Of a stretch of DNA of 64,000 bases, positions 29,673-45,252 are shown piece by piece (positions within the stretch are counted from its first letter, which is position 1; every line of letters begins with the position of its first letter). Below the pieces are notes generated by a model. It was not told where the DNA came from. It saw only the letters and a list, made by a program, of their open reading frames with translations, and ran no database searches. A program made the translations under genes and the position numbers. The stretch is from NCBI RefSeq assembly GCF_009914755.1, contig NC_060937.1. One strand, written 5' to 3'. This DNA comes from the human T2T-CHM13v2.0 reference genome, Homo sapiens.

Positions 29673-31430
29673 ATAAGGGAAGACTACTATACTCTCCAAA
29701 GATAGACCAATATGTTCCCCTATCAAAATCTAAGCTGGTGCTTTGTTTATTTTTCTAGAAATAGACAAGCTGATCCTAAAATTTATACATGAATGCAAGG
29801 GACCCAGAATAGCCAGAATGATCTTAGAAAAGAAGAACAAAATTAGAGATCTTATCTATGCTTATTTTAAAACCTACTGCAAAGCTACAATAATCAAGAC
29901 ATACAGGCATAAGAATAGACATAAATCAATGGACTAGGGTTGAAATTCTATAAACAATCATATATTTACATTCAATTGATGTTTTGGCAAGAGTTCCAGG
30001 ACACTTCAATGGGGAAAGGAAAGTCTTTGCAATAAATAGTGGTAATGTTAATATTCATGCAAAAGAATGAATCTGGATTTCTACATCATGCCATCCAAAA
30101 AATTGAATCAAAATGGAGCAAAGACCTAAATTTAAGAGCTAAAATGATGAAACTCTTTGAGGATAACATAGGCATCACTTTGTGACCTTGGGTTAGACAA
30201 TGGTTTCTTTGATATCATGACAAAAACGTAAGTGACAAAAACAAAACAAACAAGAAAAACAGAAATTGGGCTTGATTTAAAAATTATGCTTCAAAGGACA
30301 CTATCAAAAGTGTGAAAAGACAACCTACAGTTTAGGAGAAAATTTGTGCAAATCATATATATGATAAGAGACGTGTTTGTAGAATATATAAAGGACACCT
30401 ACAACTCAATAATATAAAGACAAACAAACCAATTTAAAAATGGGCCAAGGATTTGAATGCACATTATCCAAACAAGATCTACAGTTGGCCAATAAACACA
30501 CAGAAGATGTACAGTGTCATCAGTCATAAGGAAATGTGAATCAAAACAATGAGATGCTATTTTTATACCTATTAGGATGGCCATAATAAAAAAAGATTAG
30601 CAAATAGCAACTGTCAGTGAAGATGTGGACAAAATTTGAACAATCATGCACTGATGGTAAAAGTGTAAAATGGAGCAGCCACTTTGGAAAACAGTTTAGC
30701 AATTCATAAAAATCTTAAAAATGCAGTTAGCGCATGACCCAGGATTTATACTCCAGGAGAAATGAAACATATGACCACACAAACCTTATACCTGAATATT
30801 CATAGCAGCATTATTTGTAATAGCAAAAAGTAGAAACAACCCAAATGTCCATTAACTGATAATAGGATAAATTAAATATGGTAGATTCATATGATGTAAT
30901 GTTATTTAGCAATGGAAATGGAGTAATGATAGATGCTGCAACATGCATGACCATTCAAAACATGCCAAGTGAAGGAAGCCAGTCCCAAAAGACCCATACT
31001 GTGTGATACCAATGATTCAAAATGTCCATAATAGGTGACTCTACTGAGACAGAAAGAAGATCAGTGGTTACTTAGAACTAGGGGCATCGGGAGAAATGAG
31101 GAATGACTGTTAATAGACAAAGGTTTCTTTTTGGGGTGATGAGAATGTTCTAAAATGAACTGTTGTGATGGTTGCACAACTCTCTGAAAATACCAAATAT
31201 TGAATTGTACCTTGGAAAGATTAAATAGTATTACATGTAAACTGTATCTCAATAAAGCTGTTATAATGAATGAGACCATTTAGGGATATTCTAGGTTAAA
31301 AAAAATGTTGAATTCAAATGATTGTAGTGGATCTGGAGAGTTGTAGAAAGATTCAAGATATACTTGGAATGTAACTGATTGGGAGTGGTGCAGGAAAGTA
31401 TAAAATTAATACTTCTATAATTCTGCCTAG

Positions 31431-31507
31431 GAGAACACAAGGATTTGTGAGAAAGATGAGAAGTTGAAATCAGGTTTATGATGAATTTGAAATGCCTATA
31501 AAACAAG
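31431..31507 (+). other. Candidate 77-nt non-coding exon (possible upstream TNFSF13B or read-through exon)
   Basis: acceptor cttctataattctgcctAG|gagaac and donor aacaag|GTaatg. Confidence 0.45.
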
Positions 31508-31647
31508 GTAATGAACTTTTTTATTATTTAAAATGGTCAATTCTTGTCCTCTGCTTTGGCAATTATTCCACATAATGGGTCAGAGCCCATCTCCCACTAT
31601 GGGATGCCCCTCTCACAGATAAGGCCCAGGTTCCATATGTGACCTAG

Positions 31648-34345
31648 ATTTTTTATTAACTTTCATTTCAGGTTCAGGGGTAAATGTGCAGGTTTGTTAT
31701 ATAGGCAAATTGCATGTCACAGGGGTTTGATTTACAGATTATTTTGCTACCCAGGTAATAAGTGTAGTACCCAATAGGTAGTTTTTTGATCCTCATCCAT
31801 CTCCCTCCCTTTACCCTCAAATAGGCCCAAGCACCTGTTGTTCCCTTCTTTGTGTCCACATGTACTCAGTTTTTAGCTCCCATTTATAAGTAAGAACATG
31901 TGGTATTTGGCTTTCTCTTCCTGTTCTAGTTGACTTAGGATAATGGCCTTCAGCTCTATCCATGTTGCTACAAAGGATATCATCTCATGCTTTTTTATGA
32001 CTGCATAGTATTTCATGGTGTATATGTACCACATTTTCTTTATCCAGTCTACAGTTGATGGGCATTTAGGTTGATTCCATGTTTTTGCTATTGTGAATAA
32101 CATGCAGGTACATGTCTCTTTATGGTAGGATGATTTATATTTCTTTGGGTATATACTGAGTAATGGAATTGCTGGGTAGAATGGTAATTCTGCTTTGAGT
32201 TCTTTGAGAAATTGCCAAACTGTTTTCCACATTTGCTGAGCTAATTTGAATTCCCACCAGCAGTGCATAAGTGTTCTCTTTTTTCCCACAACTTCACTAG
32301 CATCTGCTATTTTTTGACTTTTTAATGATAGCCATTCTAACTAGCATGAGACGGTATCTCATTGTGGTTTTGACTTGCATTTTGCTAATGATTACTAATG
32401 TGGAGCATTTTTTCATATGCTTGTTGGCTATGTATCTGTTTTCTCTTCCAGGGTTTTTATAATTTTAGGTTGTTCATTTAAGCTTTTAATCCATCTTGAA
32501 TTAATTTTGGGTTATAGTGTAAGGAAGCGGTCCAGTTTCAATATTCTGCATATGTCTAGTCAGTTATCCCAGCACCATTCATTGACTAGAGAGACCTTTT
32601 TCCCATTGATTGTTTTTGTTGACTGTCAAAAATCAGGTGATTTTAAGTGTGGGGCATTATTTCTGGCCTCTCCATTGTGTTCCATTAGTCTATGTGTCTG
32701 TTTTTGCACCAGTACCATGCTGTTTTGTTACTGTAACCTTGTACTGTAGTTTGAAGTCAGGTAATGTGATGCCTCCTGCTTTGTTCTTTTTGCTTAGGAT
32801 TGCCTTGGCTATTCAGGCTTTTTTTTGGTTCCATATGAATTTTAAAATAATTTTTTTCTAATTCTGTGAACAATTTCATTGGTAATTTGATAAGAATGTC
32901 ATTGAATCTGCAATTGCTTTGGGCAGTATGGCCATTTAAAAAATATTGATTCTTCCTATCCATGAGCATGGATTTTTTTTTATTTGTTTGTGTCATCTTT
33001 GATTTTTTGTGCAGTGTTTTGTATTTCTCATTGTAGAGATTTTTTTTCCTCCCTGGTTAGCTGTATTCCTAGGTATTTCTTTTTATGGGTAAAGTGAATC
33101 AGATTACATTCTCGATTTAGCTCTCAGCTTAGATGTTGTTGGTGTATAGGAATGCAATTGATTTTTTTACATTGATTTTGTATCCTGAAACTTCATGGAA
33201 GCGGTTTATGCCATCTCAGAGCTTTTGCACAGAGACTGTGGGTTTTTCTAGGTATAGAATCATATTGTCTGAAAACAGGGATAGTTTGATTTCCTCTCTT
33301 CTTATTGGATGCCTTTTTTTTTTCTTGCCTGATTGTTCTGGCCAGGACTTTCAGCACTGTATCAAATAGGAGTGGTGACAGAAAGTATCTTTGTCTTGTT
33401 CCGATTTTTAAGGAGAATGCTTCTAGGTTTTGTTCATTCAGCATAATGTTGGCTGTGGGGTCGTCATAGATGGCCCTTATTATTTGAGGTATAGTCCTTC
33501 AGTACCTAGTTTATTGAGAATTTTTAACACGAAAGGATGTTGAATTTTATCAAAAACCTTTTCTGCACCTATTGAGATAATTATATGGTTTTTGTTTTTA
33601 GTTCTTTTTATGACATTAATCATATTTACTGATTTGCATAGGCTGAACCAACATTGCATCCCAGGGAATAAAGCCTACTTGATTGTGATGAATTAGCTTT
33701 TTGATGTGCTGCTGGACATGGATTGCTAGTATTTTCTTGAAGATTTTTGCATTTATGTCATCAAGTTTTCTCTTTTCTGTTTAATTTCTATTGCCTGAAG
33801 TTTTCTGTTTTCCATCATATCTCTGCCAGATTTGGTGACAGTATGATTCTGGCCTCACAGAATGAGTTAGAGAGGAGTCTCTCCACCTCAAATTTTTGGA
33901 ATACTTTCAGTAGGTATGGTTCCAGCTCTTCTTTATACATCTGATAGTATTTGGCTCTAAATCTGCCTAGTCCAGGGCTTTCCCGATTGGCAGACTTATT
34001 ACTGATTCAATTTCAGAACTTGTTATTGGTACGCTCAGCGTTTCATTTATCCTGGTTCAATCATGGGAGGTGGTATATTTCCAGAAGTTTACTGATTTCT
34101 TCTAGGTTTTCTAGTTTGTGTGCATAGAGGTGTTCATAGTACACCCCGAGGGGTTTTTGTATTTCTTTGTGGTCAGTGGTAACATGTGCTTTGTCATTTC
34201 TGATTGTGTTTATTTGGTTTTTCTCTCTTTTTTCTTTATTAGTCTAGCTAATGGTCTTTCTCATTAATTCTTTCAAAGAACAAATTCCTGGATTAATTGG
34301 TCTTTTGTATTTTTTTTTCACATCTTAATTTCCTTCAGCTCTGAT
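31648..34345 (-). mobile_element. Older primate L1 (L1PA13-17-like), antisense, internal deletion near 32430
   Basis: 3'UTR 'gtgcaggtttgttatataggcaaattgcatgtcac'; ORF2 relics at 31873-32289 and 33193-33444. Confidence 0.85.
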
Positions 34346-34349
34346 TTTG

Positions 34350-36250
<1,901 letters not shown>

Positions 36251-36254
36251 AATT

Positions 36255-37050
36255 AAAAACACATGAAAAAATGCTCATCATCACTGGCCATCAGAGAAAT
36301 GCAAATCAAAACCACAATGAGATACCATCTCACACCAGTTAGAATGGCAATCATTAAAAAGTCAGGAGACAACAGGTGCTGGAGAGGATGTGGAGAAATA
36401 GGAACACTTTTACACTGTTGGTGGGACTGTAAACTAGTTCAACCATTGTGGAAGTCAGTGTGGCGATTCCTCAGGGATCTAGAACTAGAAATACCATTTG
36501 ACCCAGCCATCCCATTACTGGGTATATACCCAAAGGATTATAAATCATGCTGCTATAAAGACACATGCACACATATGTTTATTGTGGCACTACTCACAAT
36601 AGCAAAGACTTGGAACCAACCCAAATGTCCAACAATGATAGACTGGATTAAGAAAATGTGGCACATATACACCATGGAATACTATGCAGCTATAAAAAAT
36701 GATGAGTTCATGTCCTTTGTAGGGACATGGATGAAATTGGAAATCGTCATTCTCAGTAAACTATCGCAAGAACAAAAAACCAAACACCGCATATTCTCAC
36801 TCATAGGTGGGAATTGAACAATGAGAACACATGGACACAGGAAGGGCAACATCACGCTCCAGGGACTGTTGTGGGGTTGGGGGATGGGGGAGGGATAGCA
36901 TTAGGAGATATACGTAATGCTAAATGACGAGTTAATGGGTGCAGCACACCAACATGGCACATGTATACATATGTAACAAAGCTGCACATTGTGCACATAT
37001 ATGCTAAAACTTAAAGTATAATAATAATAAAGTTAAAAAAAAAGAAAAGA
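36255..37050 (+). mobile_element. Young L1PA 3' portion, sense, joined back-to-back with the previous element
   Basis: ORF 36263-36817 ([14 protein letters not shown]...LIGGN), 3'UTR and poly-A at ~37020-37050. Confidence 0.93.
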
Positions 37051-38073
37051 TTACATCTTTTCACAAAGAATACAGAGATAAAACCAAAGAGTCAAATGAC
37101 TAAATGTAGTTGAACAACTGAACCAGAACACATTTTTTTCTGAGTGCTAGTCCGGGATTCTGTGTCACACACTGCTGTCCTCTTAAGCCTTCAACAACAC
37201 ACAGATCCTCTTTGAGGTGCAAAATTCATGACCTGCAGAAGTTTACAAAATGTAATAGGTTCCCTTGTTTGGGACACAGTGAGAATTATAAATTCACAAG
37301 TCATTGATATTAAAGAGAAATTGCAGAGTGACTTTTAAAATAATGAAGATGGTAAATTGTATAATATATGTGTATTTTACCACATTTTTTAAAGTCAAAA
37401 AAATGCTTTTGATAAAGGATTGAAGATTAGTATTCTGAAATGCTGAATTTTCAGTAGTCACTAGTAGAGTACAGTTTATACTTATTTGATTTGACTTGTT
37501 ATCCTTGGTTAATTGTTGCTAGTGTTGGTGGTTGATAGTGATAAGATTTTCACATGAATTTTACACTGCGCCACTTGTCCTGAGTGTGGAAATATCAACA
37601 TTGGTCTGGATTGTGTTTAAATTTTGAAATTGTTGAAAGCTCATTATTCAATTTAAAGTATGTAAACAGCTGTTGCCATGAGATAACAGATTATGCTTTT
37701 GGTTAAAATTCTGGGAATCACCCACCAGTTTTTGTTTACTTTTTAATAACCAGAGGCTTATATTTAAAATAGACAAAAAATTAGCAAGTGCATTTTAAAT
37801 TTAGTAAATTTAGAAGTAACCAACGACAAGTACAATTATGAACTCATACTGTCTCCACTACTAGACATGTTTTATGACTGTCTGAAAGTATCTAAAACAG
37901 ATTTTATGAGTTTTCATATAAAATTATATTTCTGTTTTAGCAATCAGTCATGGTAATCAAACAATTTGAGGACAAGAGTCTTTATATTTGAGTAGCAGAA
38001 AAACACAAGGGAAATCTTTGATCCCTGATAGATCATTAAACAAAATAGAATTTAATTTTACTTAACATCATGT

Positions 38074-38075
<2 letters not shown>

Positions 38076-38105
<30 letters not shown>
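38076..38105. repeat. (CA)n microsatellite
   Basis: about 15 uninterrupted CA units. Confidence 0.95.
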
Positions 38106-38107
<2 letters not shown>

Positions 38108-38254
38108 TTTCTATTGTTTTTTTTTCACCATGGATACCGTGGATAAATTCTCAGTAGTGAGACTGTTGAGTTGAAGTGTAGATATGTTTTTAATATTTCT
38201 AGTATCATTAGATTGGCTTCCAAAACAACCTTATTATTTTACATTTTCAAACAA

Positions 38255-38325
38255 ACCACCATGGCACGTGTATACCTATGTAACAAAACTGCACGCTCTG
38301 CACATATAAACCAGAACTTGAAGTG

Positions 38326-38357
<32 letters not shown>

Positions 38358-38540
38358 AACACACACATACACATATATGTGTATATATATACATATATAT
38401 GTGTATATATACACATTATATATAATGTGTATATATACACATATATATATGTGTATATATACACATTATATATAATGTGTATATATACACATATATATAT
38501 GTGTATACGTATACACATATATATGTGTATATATACACAT
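38255..38540 (+). repeat. Short L1PA 3' end followed by a (TA/CA/TG)n compound microsatellite
   Basis: 'accaccatggcacgtgtatacctatgtaacaaaactgcac...agaacttgaagt' followed by TA-rich repeats. Confidence 0.8.
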
Positions 38541-38556
38541 ACCATAAAGCTGAAAC

Positions 38557-38811
38557 CACTAAAAAATTATAGCATTGAAGACAAAGCTATAATATAAACA
38601 CAATGATGTCCACAAGAATTAATTCTCATCCAAAAGAATTTAAAAAGGGATAAGCCAAAACAATCCAGGTAATGAAATTAAATAAAGATAGCTAACACTG
38701 ATGATTAATTATATATTGTTAGTTAAAACGTGAGCAAAAGTCATTCTTTATATAGACATATGTATATATAAAGAATGACTTTTGTATATGTATATGTATA
38801 TATGTATATGT

Positions 38812-38844
<33 letters not shown>

Positions 38845-38866
38845 TATATGTATATATGTATACATA

Positions 38867-38900
<34 letters not shown>

Positions 38901-39372
38901 CGTATACGTATATATGTATATATGTATATATGTATACGTATATATGTATATATGTATACATATATATGTATATATGTATATATGTATATATGTATATATG
39001 TATACATATATATATGTATATGTATATGTATATACATATATGTATATACATATACATATATGTATATATGTATATGTATATATACATATATATGTATATA
39101 TAAAGAATGTATATATAAAGAATGTATATATAAGAATGTATATATAAAGAATGACTTTTGTATATGTATATGTATATATAAAGAATGACTTTTGCTCACG
39201 TTTTAACTAACAATATATAATTAATCATCAGTGTTAGCTATCTTTATTTAATTTCATTACCTGGATTATTTTGGCTTATTCCTTTTTAAATTCTTTTGGA
39301 TGAGAATTAATTCTTTTGGACATCATTGTGTTTATATTATAGCTTTGTTTTCAATGCTATAATTTTTTAGTG
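38557..39372. repeat. AT-rich inverted repeat: 198-bp arms (38557-38754 and 39175-39372) with a (TATG/TA)n spacer
   Basis: manual reverse-complement alignment gives 4 mismatches in 198 bp. Confidence 0.95.
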
Positions 39373-39574
39373 AGTACTGCTCTGGCTCATATGTTTGGTA
39401 TAAGTTGTTTTCCCTTTTGTGATTTTCTAGGTAATTTCTAACCTCAGTTTCGCATACTTCTTTGACACAAACTTGACCTATGAATGTATTTTTACATTTT
39501 CAAGTAAGCAACTCTTTGATCACCTTTTTGTAATGATTTCTATTTTTATGAGATTATAATCAATGAATGGGATA

Positions 39575-40020
39575 TATCACTTAGGTATTACTAAGTAATA
39601 AACCACCCTACTTTAGTGCCCTGTAACAGCTCCCCTTTATTATTTTTGTAATTCTGTGAGTTTTTCAGGTGGCTCTTGTGCCAGCTCCACCTGAGTTCAT
39701 GTGTGTGGCCGCATGCCTCTGACAGCCAGGCTGGCTGGGGGTTCAAGATAGCCTCACCCACACATTTGGCAGTAAGTGCTGGCAGGTGGTTCAGGCACTT
39801 TAGTGGTTTTCAATGTATCTTCTCATCCTCCAGTAAGCTAGACTGACTTTCTTGCATGCGGGTCTCAGGGAGGCAGTCCTGTGTGTTCTACTGGTCAAAG
39901 CAAGCAATTCACAAGGTCAGTTCAGATTTAGGGGATAAGGAGACAGACCAACCTTATTATCAGTCACATTGCAAACAGGCATGCCACCAGAGAGTAGTTC
40001 TTCCAGTCTTTGCAAACTAT
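39575..40020 (-). mobile_element. Old MLT1 LTR, antisense
   Basis: 'aaccaccctactttagtg', 'ggttcaagatagcctcacccacacatttggc', 'ctactggtcaaagcaag'. Confidence 0.6.
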
Positions 40021-41721
40021 CCGTCATGGTAGCCTGTAAAAGACTACTTTTTAAAGTTGTCCATTTTGATTAAAATTTTAAGTATCACTTGTGCATTTGG
40101 GGAAAAAGTTATCTTTTTGATAGACATAATTTATTATCTCCCTCTCATTTTTTAATATCTTTGCACTAAGTGTTATAATGTTAAATAATGTAGCATCAAT
40201 AACCATAAAGCTGAAACCACAAGAAAAACACCTGGAAATACACAGGAAAAAACATTAGATATGGGAAATTTTACTCATCTCTATTATTCTATGACATCAT
40301 ATAAACAAAAATGCAGATATTGTAGACTAAAATAATAAAATTATTAAGGATATCCCTTCTTTTCAAGTAGCTATGTTACATTCACACAAATGACAATACT
40401 ATTAATCCCTAAAGAAACTCTGATTAAGCTTTATAAGTAGAAATTGTGAGAGAAAATTATCTGAATGCAATACGATAAAATAGAAGTTAGTGAGAAAAAT
40501 GAAGAAAATTTCTGGAAATTAAAACAAATTAACAAATATCTCTTAAATAACTTTTAAGTCAAATTGGAAAGCCAAACAAAATTTTTAGATTAATTTATAT
40601 TATTAATCGTTTCTAGAAAATAATAAGCACAATATATAAAAAACACAATAATAATAAAACACAATACATACCTGATATCATTGAATTTTACTAAGCAATG
40701 CTCTTGGGAAATTTAATAGCCTATCAACAAATAAGAAAAGAAATGAATGTTTGAACACTCAACTGAAGAAGTCAGACTAAAGAAAACAACAAAACAAACA
40801 AGTAGAATGAGACAATTCATAATGATAATAAACAGAACTATCTGCTGATTACTTATTTGACACTAACAAAACAGACAAGTTTTTGCTATTCTTTCAAGAA
40901 TAAAAGGAGAAATTGTATGCAGACAATTTTTAAAAAAAATGCTTAACCACAGATACAAAAGAAATGGAAAATCAGATGAGAAACTGTTTTGTATAAATTT
41001 ATCAAGTAAAAATTGAAATCATTTAAAATGATCTTATACAATAGAATTTAACTCCATGACACAGGAGTTTTCTTTTTTCTTTCTGACTTTTTTTCTCTCT
41101 GTTTTAATTTTTGTATGCCTAGTACCTAGAACAATACTGAAAGAGTGGATGGTGAATATCCTTCCTTTGCAATTGGTTTAGCTACTTTGTTATTTCATTT
41201 TTTTTTTGTATTCAAGAGAAATGCATGTATACTCCAATTTCCCCTTAATTTTACACACAAATTTATTCATAATATCCTCTTACCTGTTTAGGATCTGTAA
41301 TAGCTCTAAAATGTCCCGCTTTTAAAATTTCTGTTATTGAAATTTCATACTTTCTCCTTTGTACTGTGTCTTACTACAAATTATTAATTTTATTTGTTAT
41401 GTCAAATAACCAATTTTTAATTCTCTTTATTGTAAAGTTATTATTTATTTCATTAATCTCTTTTATATTTTTTACTCCAATCTTTAAGCTTAATTTGTTT
41501 TCACCTTTTAACTTGTTAGGGCTTTGTGACCTGTATGCTCAGATTATTTCTTTCCATTCTTCTTTTTAAAACATGCCATCAAAGATATGATTTTTCTCAT
41601 AAAAATAGCTTTAAATGCATTTTACAAGATTTTATATACTTTATTTTCATCATATCCCAACAACTCTTTCTATATTCAGTAATACCATCAGACCTTACCT
41701 GGGTCGATTTTTCTCAGCATC

Positions 41722-42048
41722 CTTTCCTTCCTTCCTCCCGTCCTCCCTTCCTTTCTTTCTTTTCTTTCTCGGAGTCTCCCTCTGTAGCCCAGGCTGGAGT
41801 GCAGCGGCGCGATCTCTGTTCACTGCAAGCTCCGCCTCCCGCGTTCACACCATTCTCCTGCCTCAGCCTCCTGAGTAGCTGGGACTACAGGCGCCCGCCA
41901 CCACGCCCGGCTAATTTTTTGTATTTTTTTAAATAGAGACGGGGTTTCACCATGTTAGCCAGGATGGTCTCGATCTCCTGACCTCGTGATCCGCCCAACT
42001 CGGCCTCCCAAAGTGCTGGGATTACAGGCGTGAGCCACCGCGCCCGAC
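41722..42048 (-). mobile_element. AluY, antisense, with CT-rich tail
   Basis: CpG-rich AluY diagnostics (gcaagctccgcctcc, ccacgcccggctaattttttgta). Confidence 0.93.
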
Positions 42049-43620
42049 CTACTTGCTTATTTTTCTTTTCCAAAAAGCTACCCATACAGATTTTCTCAGC
42101 ATTTTAACCTAGGACTTGATAAGCTAATTCAAACTGTAGTTTCAGCTCTTTCATAGATTAAGAAGCATTATTCTTTTCTCCTGTAAGTTTTTATGTCATT
42201 GCCTCTATTTAGTCTATATCCTCTCCCTCCTTTTATGTTCCCATTTTTCTTGCATGTGAGTTGCAAAACACTCTTGAGTTTTGAGATTTTACTTCTATTT
42301 GAGCCTGCAGGCCAGTAACTCAGTGCTCAAAAGTGACCATCCTTTTCTTCAATGCATGTATTAAATTATTTAATTGAAAACTATAGAGATATTTTTTAGT
42401 TCCTAAAAAGTTTCTTCAGTTGAATCTTAAGTCCTCTATTAGTTTTTAAAATTCAAGTTGTCTCCATCCCTTTGTGTTGTGTGTATGCTGGGATGTTCTG
42501 TGCTCTCCTTCTTTGATGGTTTATCTCTCCCTCTCTCTCTCTTTTTTTTAATTTTCATTGGAAGACGTTTATTTAGTCAGCATTTAACAGAGAATAGCAG
42601 AATCCATGAAGGACAAGTGTTCCAGGCACTAGAGATACAATAGGCTAGAAACCACACATTTCTGCACTCATGGAGCTGAACACTCTTAGTTTATCATTTC
42701 TTTCTGTACATATCTTCCCTACTTCCACCCTACCCTCTGCCATAATCTTTTTAAAATATATATATAAATGGCTTCATTTTCACATTTCACACAACCACAG
42801 CTGTGCATGCAAAAACACTGCAGTCTAGCCACTATTTATACGTCCAGCCACTTCTTGCATCTCTCCCGATATCCCAATTTCAAGCTTTCTCTCTTCAACA
42901 CCTCCTGTGTTTGATTTGATGGCTCAGCTGGGGCAGTCTAGCCTCAGGAGGTGGGAAATCAAGTCCTGTCTAACCCTATGAGCCAGGATTGGACTAACAG
43001 GGAAACTTCTAGTCTACTCTGAGGCATTTGGGGGAGGCTTTTGTTTCTTGTGATCCCCTGATAGTCTCTCAGCTTTAGGGGCAGGGAGGACTAACCCCAA
43101 GCACTTACTCCCTTTGTGGGTACTCAGAGGCCCGGGAAACTTGGCATATTCCTGTGAGGCTGATGTTAGCCACTGCCTGGGGCCCACAGATTTCTGCTCA
43201 ACCATTCTATCTAAGACCCATTGAGACTTGGGTCTCACATATAGTACTGCAAATACTCTCGAGAAATAAACCTCAAACATTATTTTTCTCTATCTAGGGC
43301 CAATTAGAGCAAAAAGCCCCTCGCTAACACCCAATTACCTCTAAGTTCTACTGCAATTTGGCTCAGAGAAGAAAGATAATTTACAGTTGTTAGTAAAGGA
43401 GAAGAAAGATGCATTCATGTTGCAGTTTTCTCAGAATACACTATATCTCTCTTACTTTTTCTTAGTTTGAAATTATTCCCTTCTTACACGGAGATGCACA
43501 AATTCTAATTTTGCATTTTTTTTTCTGAAAGAGTTGACTACGTTTTTTTGGTTCCACATAGAAAAGACAGATTCATTAAACACATCTTCACATAATAATA
43601 ATTTTTCTTAAGATTCCTAA

Positions 43621-43963
<343 letters not shown>

Positions 43964-44819
43964 AAGACTCTTCTTAACAAATGAATTAGTTTTTCTAGCT
44001 TGTGGGTGTTGACCTTTTCTCTTTACACCGTAGTTTCAAAAAGTGGACATTTGGAAAATTTCTGAAAGAACATTTAAAACTCTCTTATACAAAGTTCTTT
44101 GGTTGTAAGAATACAATTCTTACAACTAGCAGAATTAGTATGTCTTTGGATCCTAATCAACTGCTAATCTAACTAGCAGATTTAGGATGTCTTTGGATGA
44201 ATTAACACCTAATCTTGTCTCACATTGGCGTAAACAGTTAGGAAATAGTATGATCCAAATAACAAGCATGAAGAGTTGAGTAATCCAGCAGGACAATTAT
44301 GTCCTTACAGAGCCAGGTTCCCTCCAGAATCCTGTTCTTGCCGTCACTGTTTCAGTCTGGGCCTGACGGCAGTTGCAGGATGGCAGTTCTCGGTGATCAC
44401 AGACAGGCTTGTAATGTCTAGTGGAAGAAGAGCATCTCTTTCTTGTCAATCTCTTTAAGAATGAGGAACTCTTTCTTAGCAGTGCCCCCAGGAGACCACC
44501 TCACAACCAACTGTAAAAAGCCTCTCTCATTTGTCCCTCCTTAGCAATCAGTGGTGATGTAGATGGAGTCATCGTGAGTAGATTTCATGATTAGGACTTC
44601 CCTAAAGTGTGAGATTATGTCGGCATCCCACAGAGATAGATATCTAAACAAAGTCAGCGTCTAGATTTGGGGCAAGAAAGATTCTGTTAAGATGGCGAAG
44701 CAGAATTGGGCATACAGATGCTTCTGGCTTCAGAGCCTACACTCCTAAACCCATCCTCTTCTCAACATTCAATAAGCGAAATTTCAAATAAATCATTAAA
44801 ATATTTGCAGTCCATTTAA

Positions 44820-45252
44820 TTTTAATTTATTTGTTTTATTGATACAAAACAGATGCACATATTTTCAGAGTATATGTGATAATTTGATACATCATATAAT
44901 ATGAAAAGAACAATTCAGAGTAACTGGGAAGTTAATCACCTTCAATATTTATCCTTTTGTTTTGTGGGAACATTAAAATGATTCTCTTCTAGCTATTTTG
45001 AAATGTAGAACAGATTAATGCTAACTCTAGTTGCCCTACTAATCTATCAAGCATTAGGTTTTATTTTTTCTAACATAAATCAACCTCTCTTCATCCCTCC
45101 ACCCTTCTTCCTACTCTTCCTGGCCTCTGGTAACCACCTATCTACTCTCTATATTCATAAGACCTACCTTTTTAGCTCCCACATATGAATGAGAACATGT
45201 GATATTTGTCTTTTTATGCTTGGCTTATTTCATTTAGCATTAGTGACCTCTA
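44820..45252 (-). mobile_element. L1MA 3' end, antisense
   Basis: 'ttctcttctagctattttgaaatg', 'ggcctctggtaaccacc', 'ttttagctcccacatatgaatgagaacatg'. Confidence 0.75.

Larger units (their letters stand above)
23620..31265 (+). mobile_element. Old, long L1M (L1MB-like 3' end) with several nested insertions
   Basis: degenerate ORF1-like (23840-24350) and ORF2-like pieces (e.g. 29743-29937 EIDKLILKFIHECKGPRIA) in colinear order; 3' end 'ctgtatctcaataaagctgtt'. Confidence 0.8.

Noticed and set aside
38171-39199. Many Y/I/M/H-rich ORFs on both strands
   Set aside because: Artefacts of (TA/TATG)n repeats.
44124-44198. 28-bp imperfect tandem duplication (aactagcagaattagtatgtctttggat)
   Set aside because: Small diverged duplication in old repeat-like DNA with nothing to suggest function.
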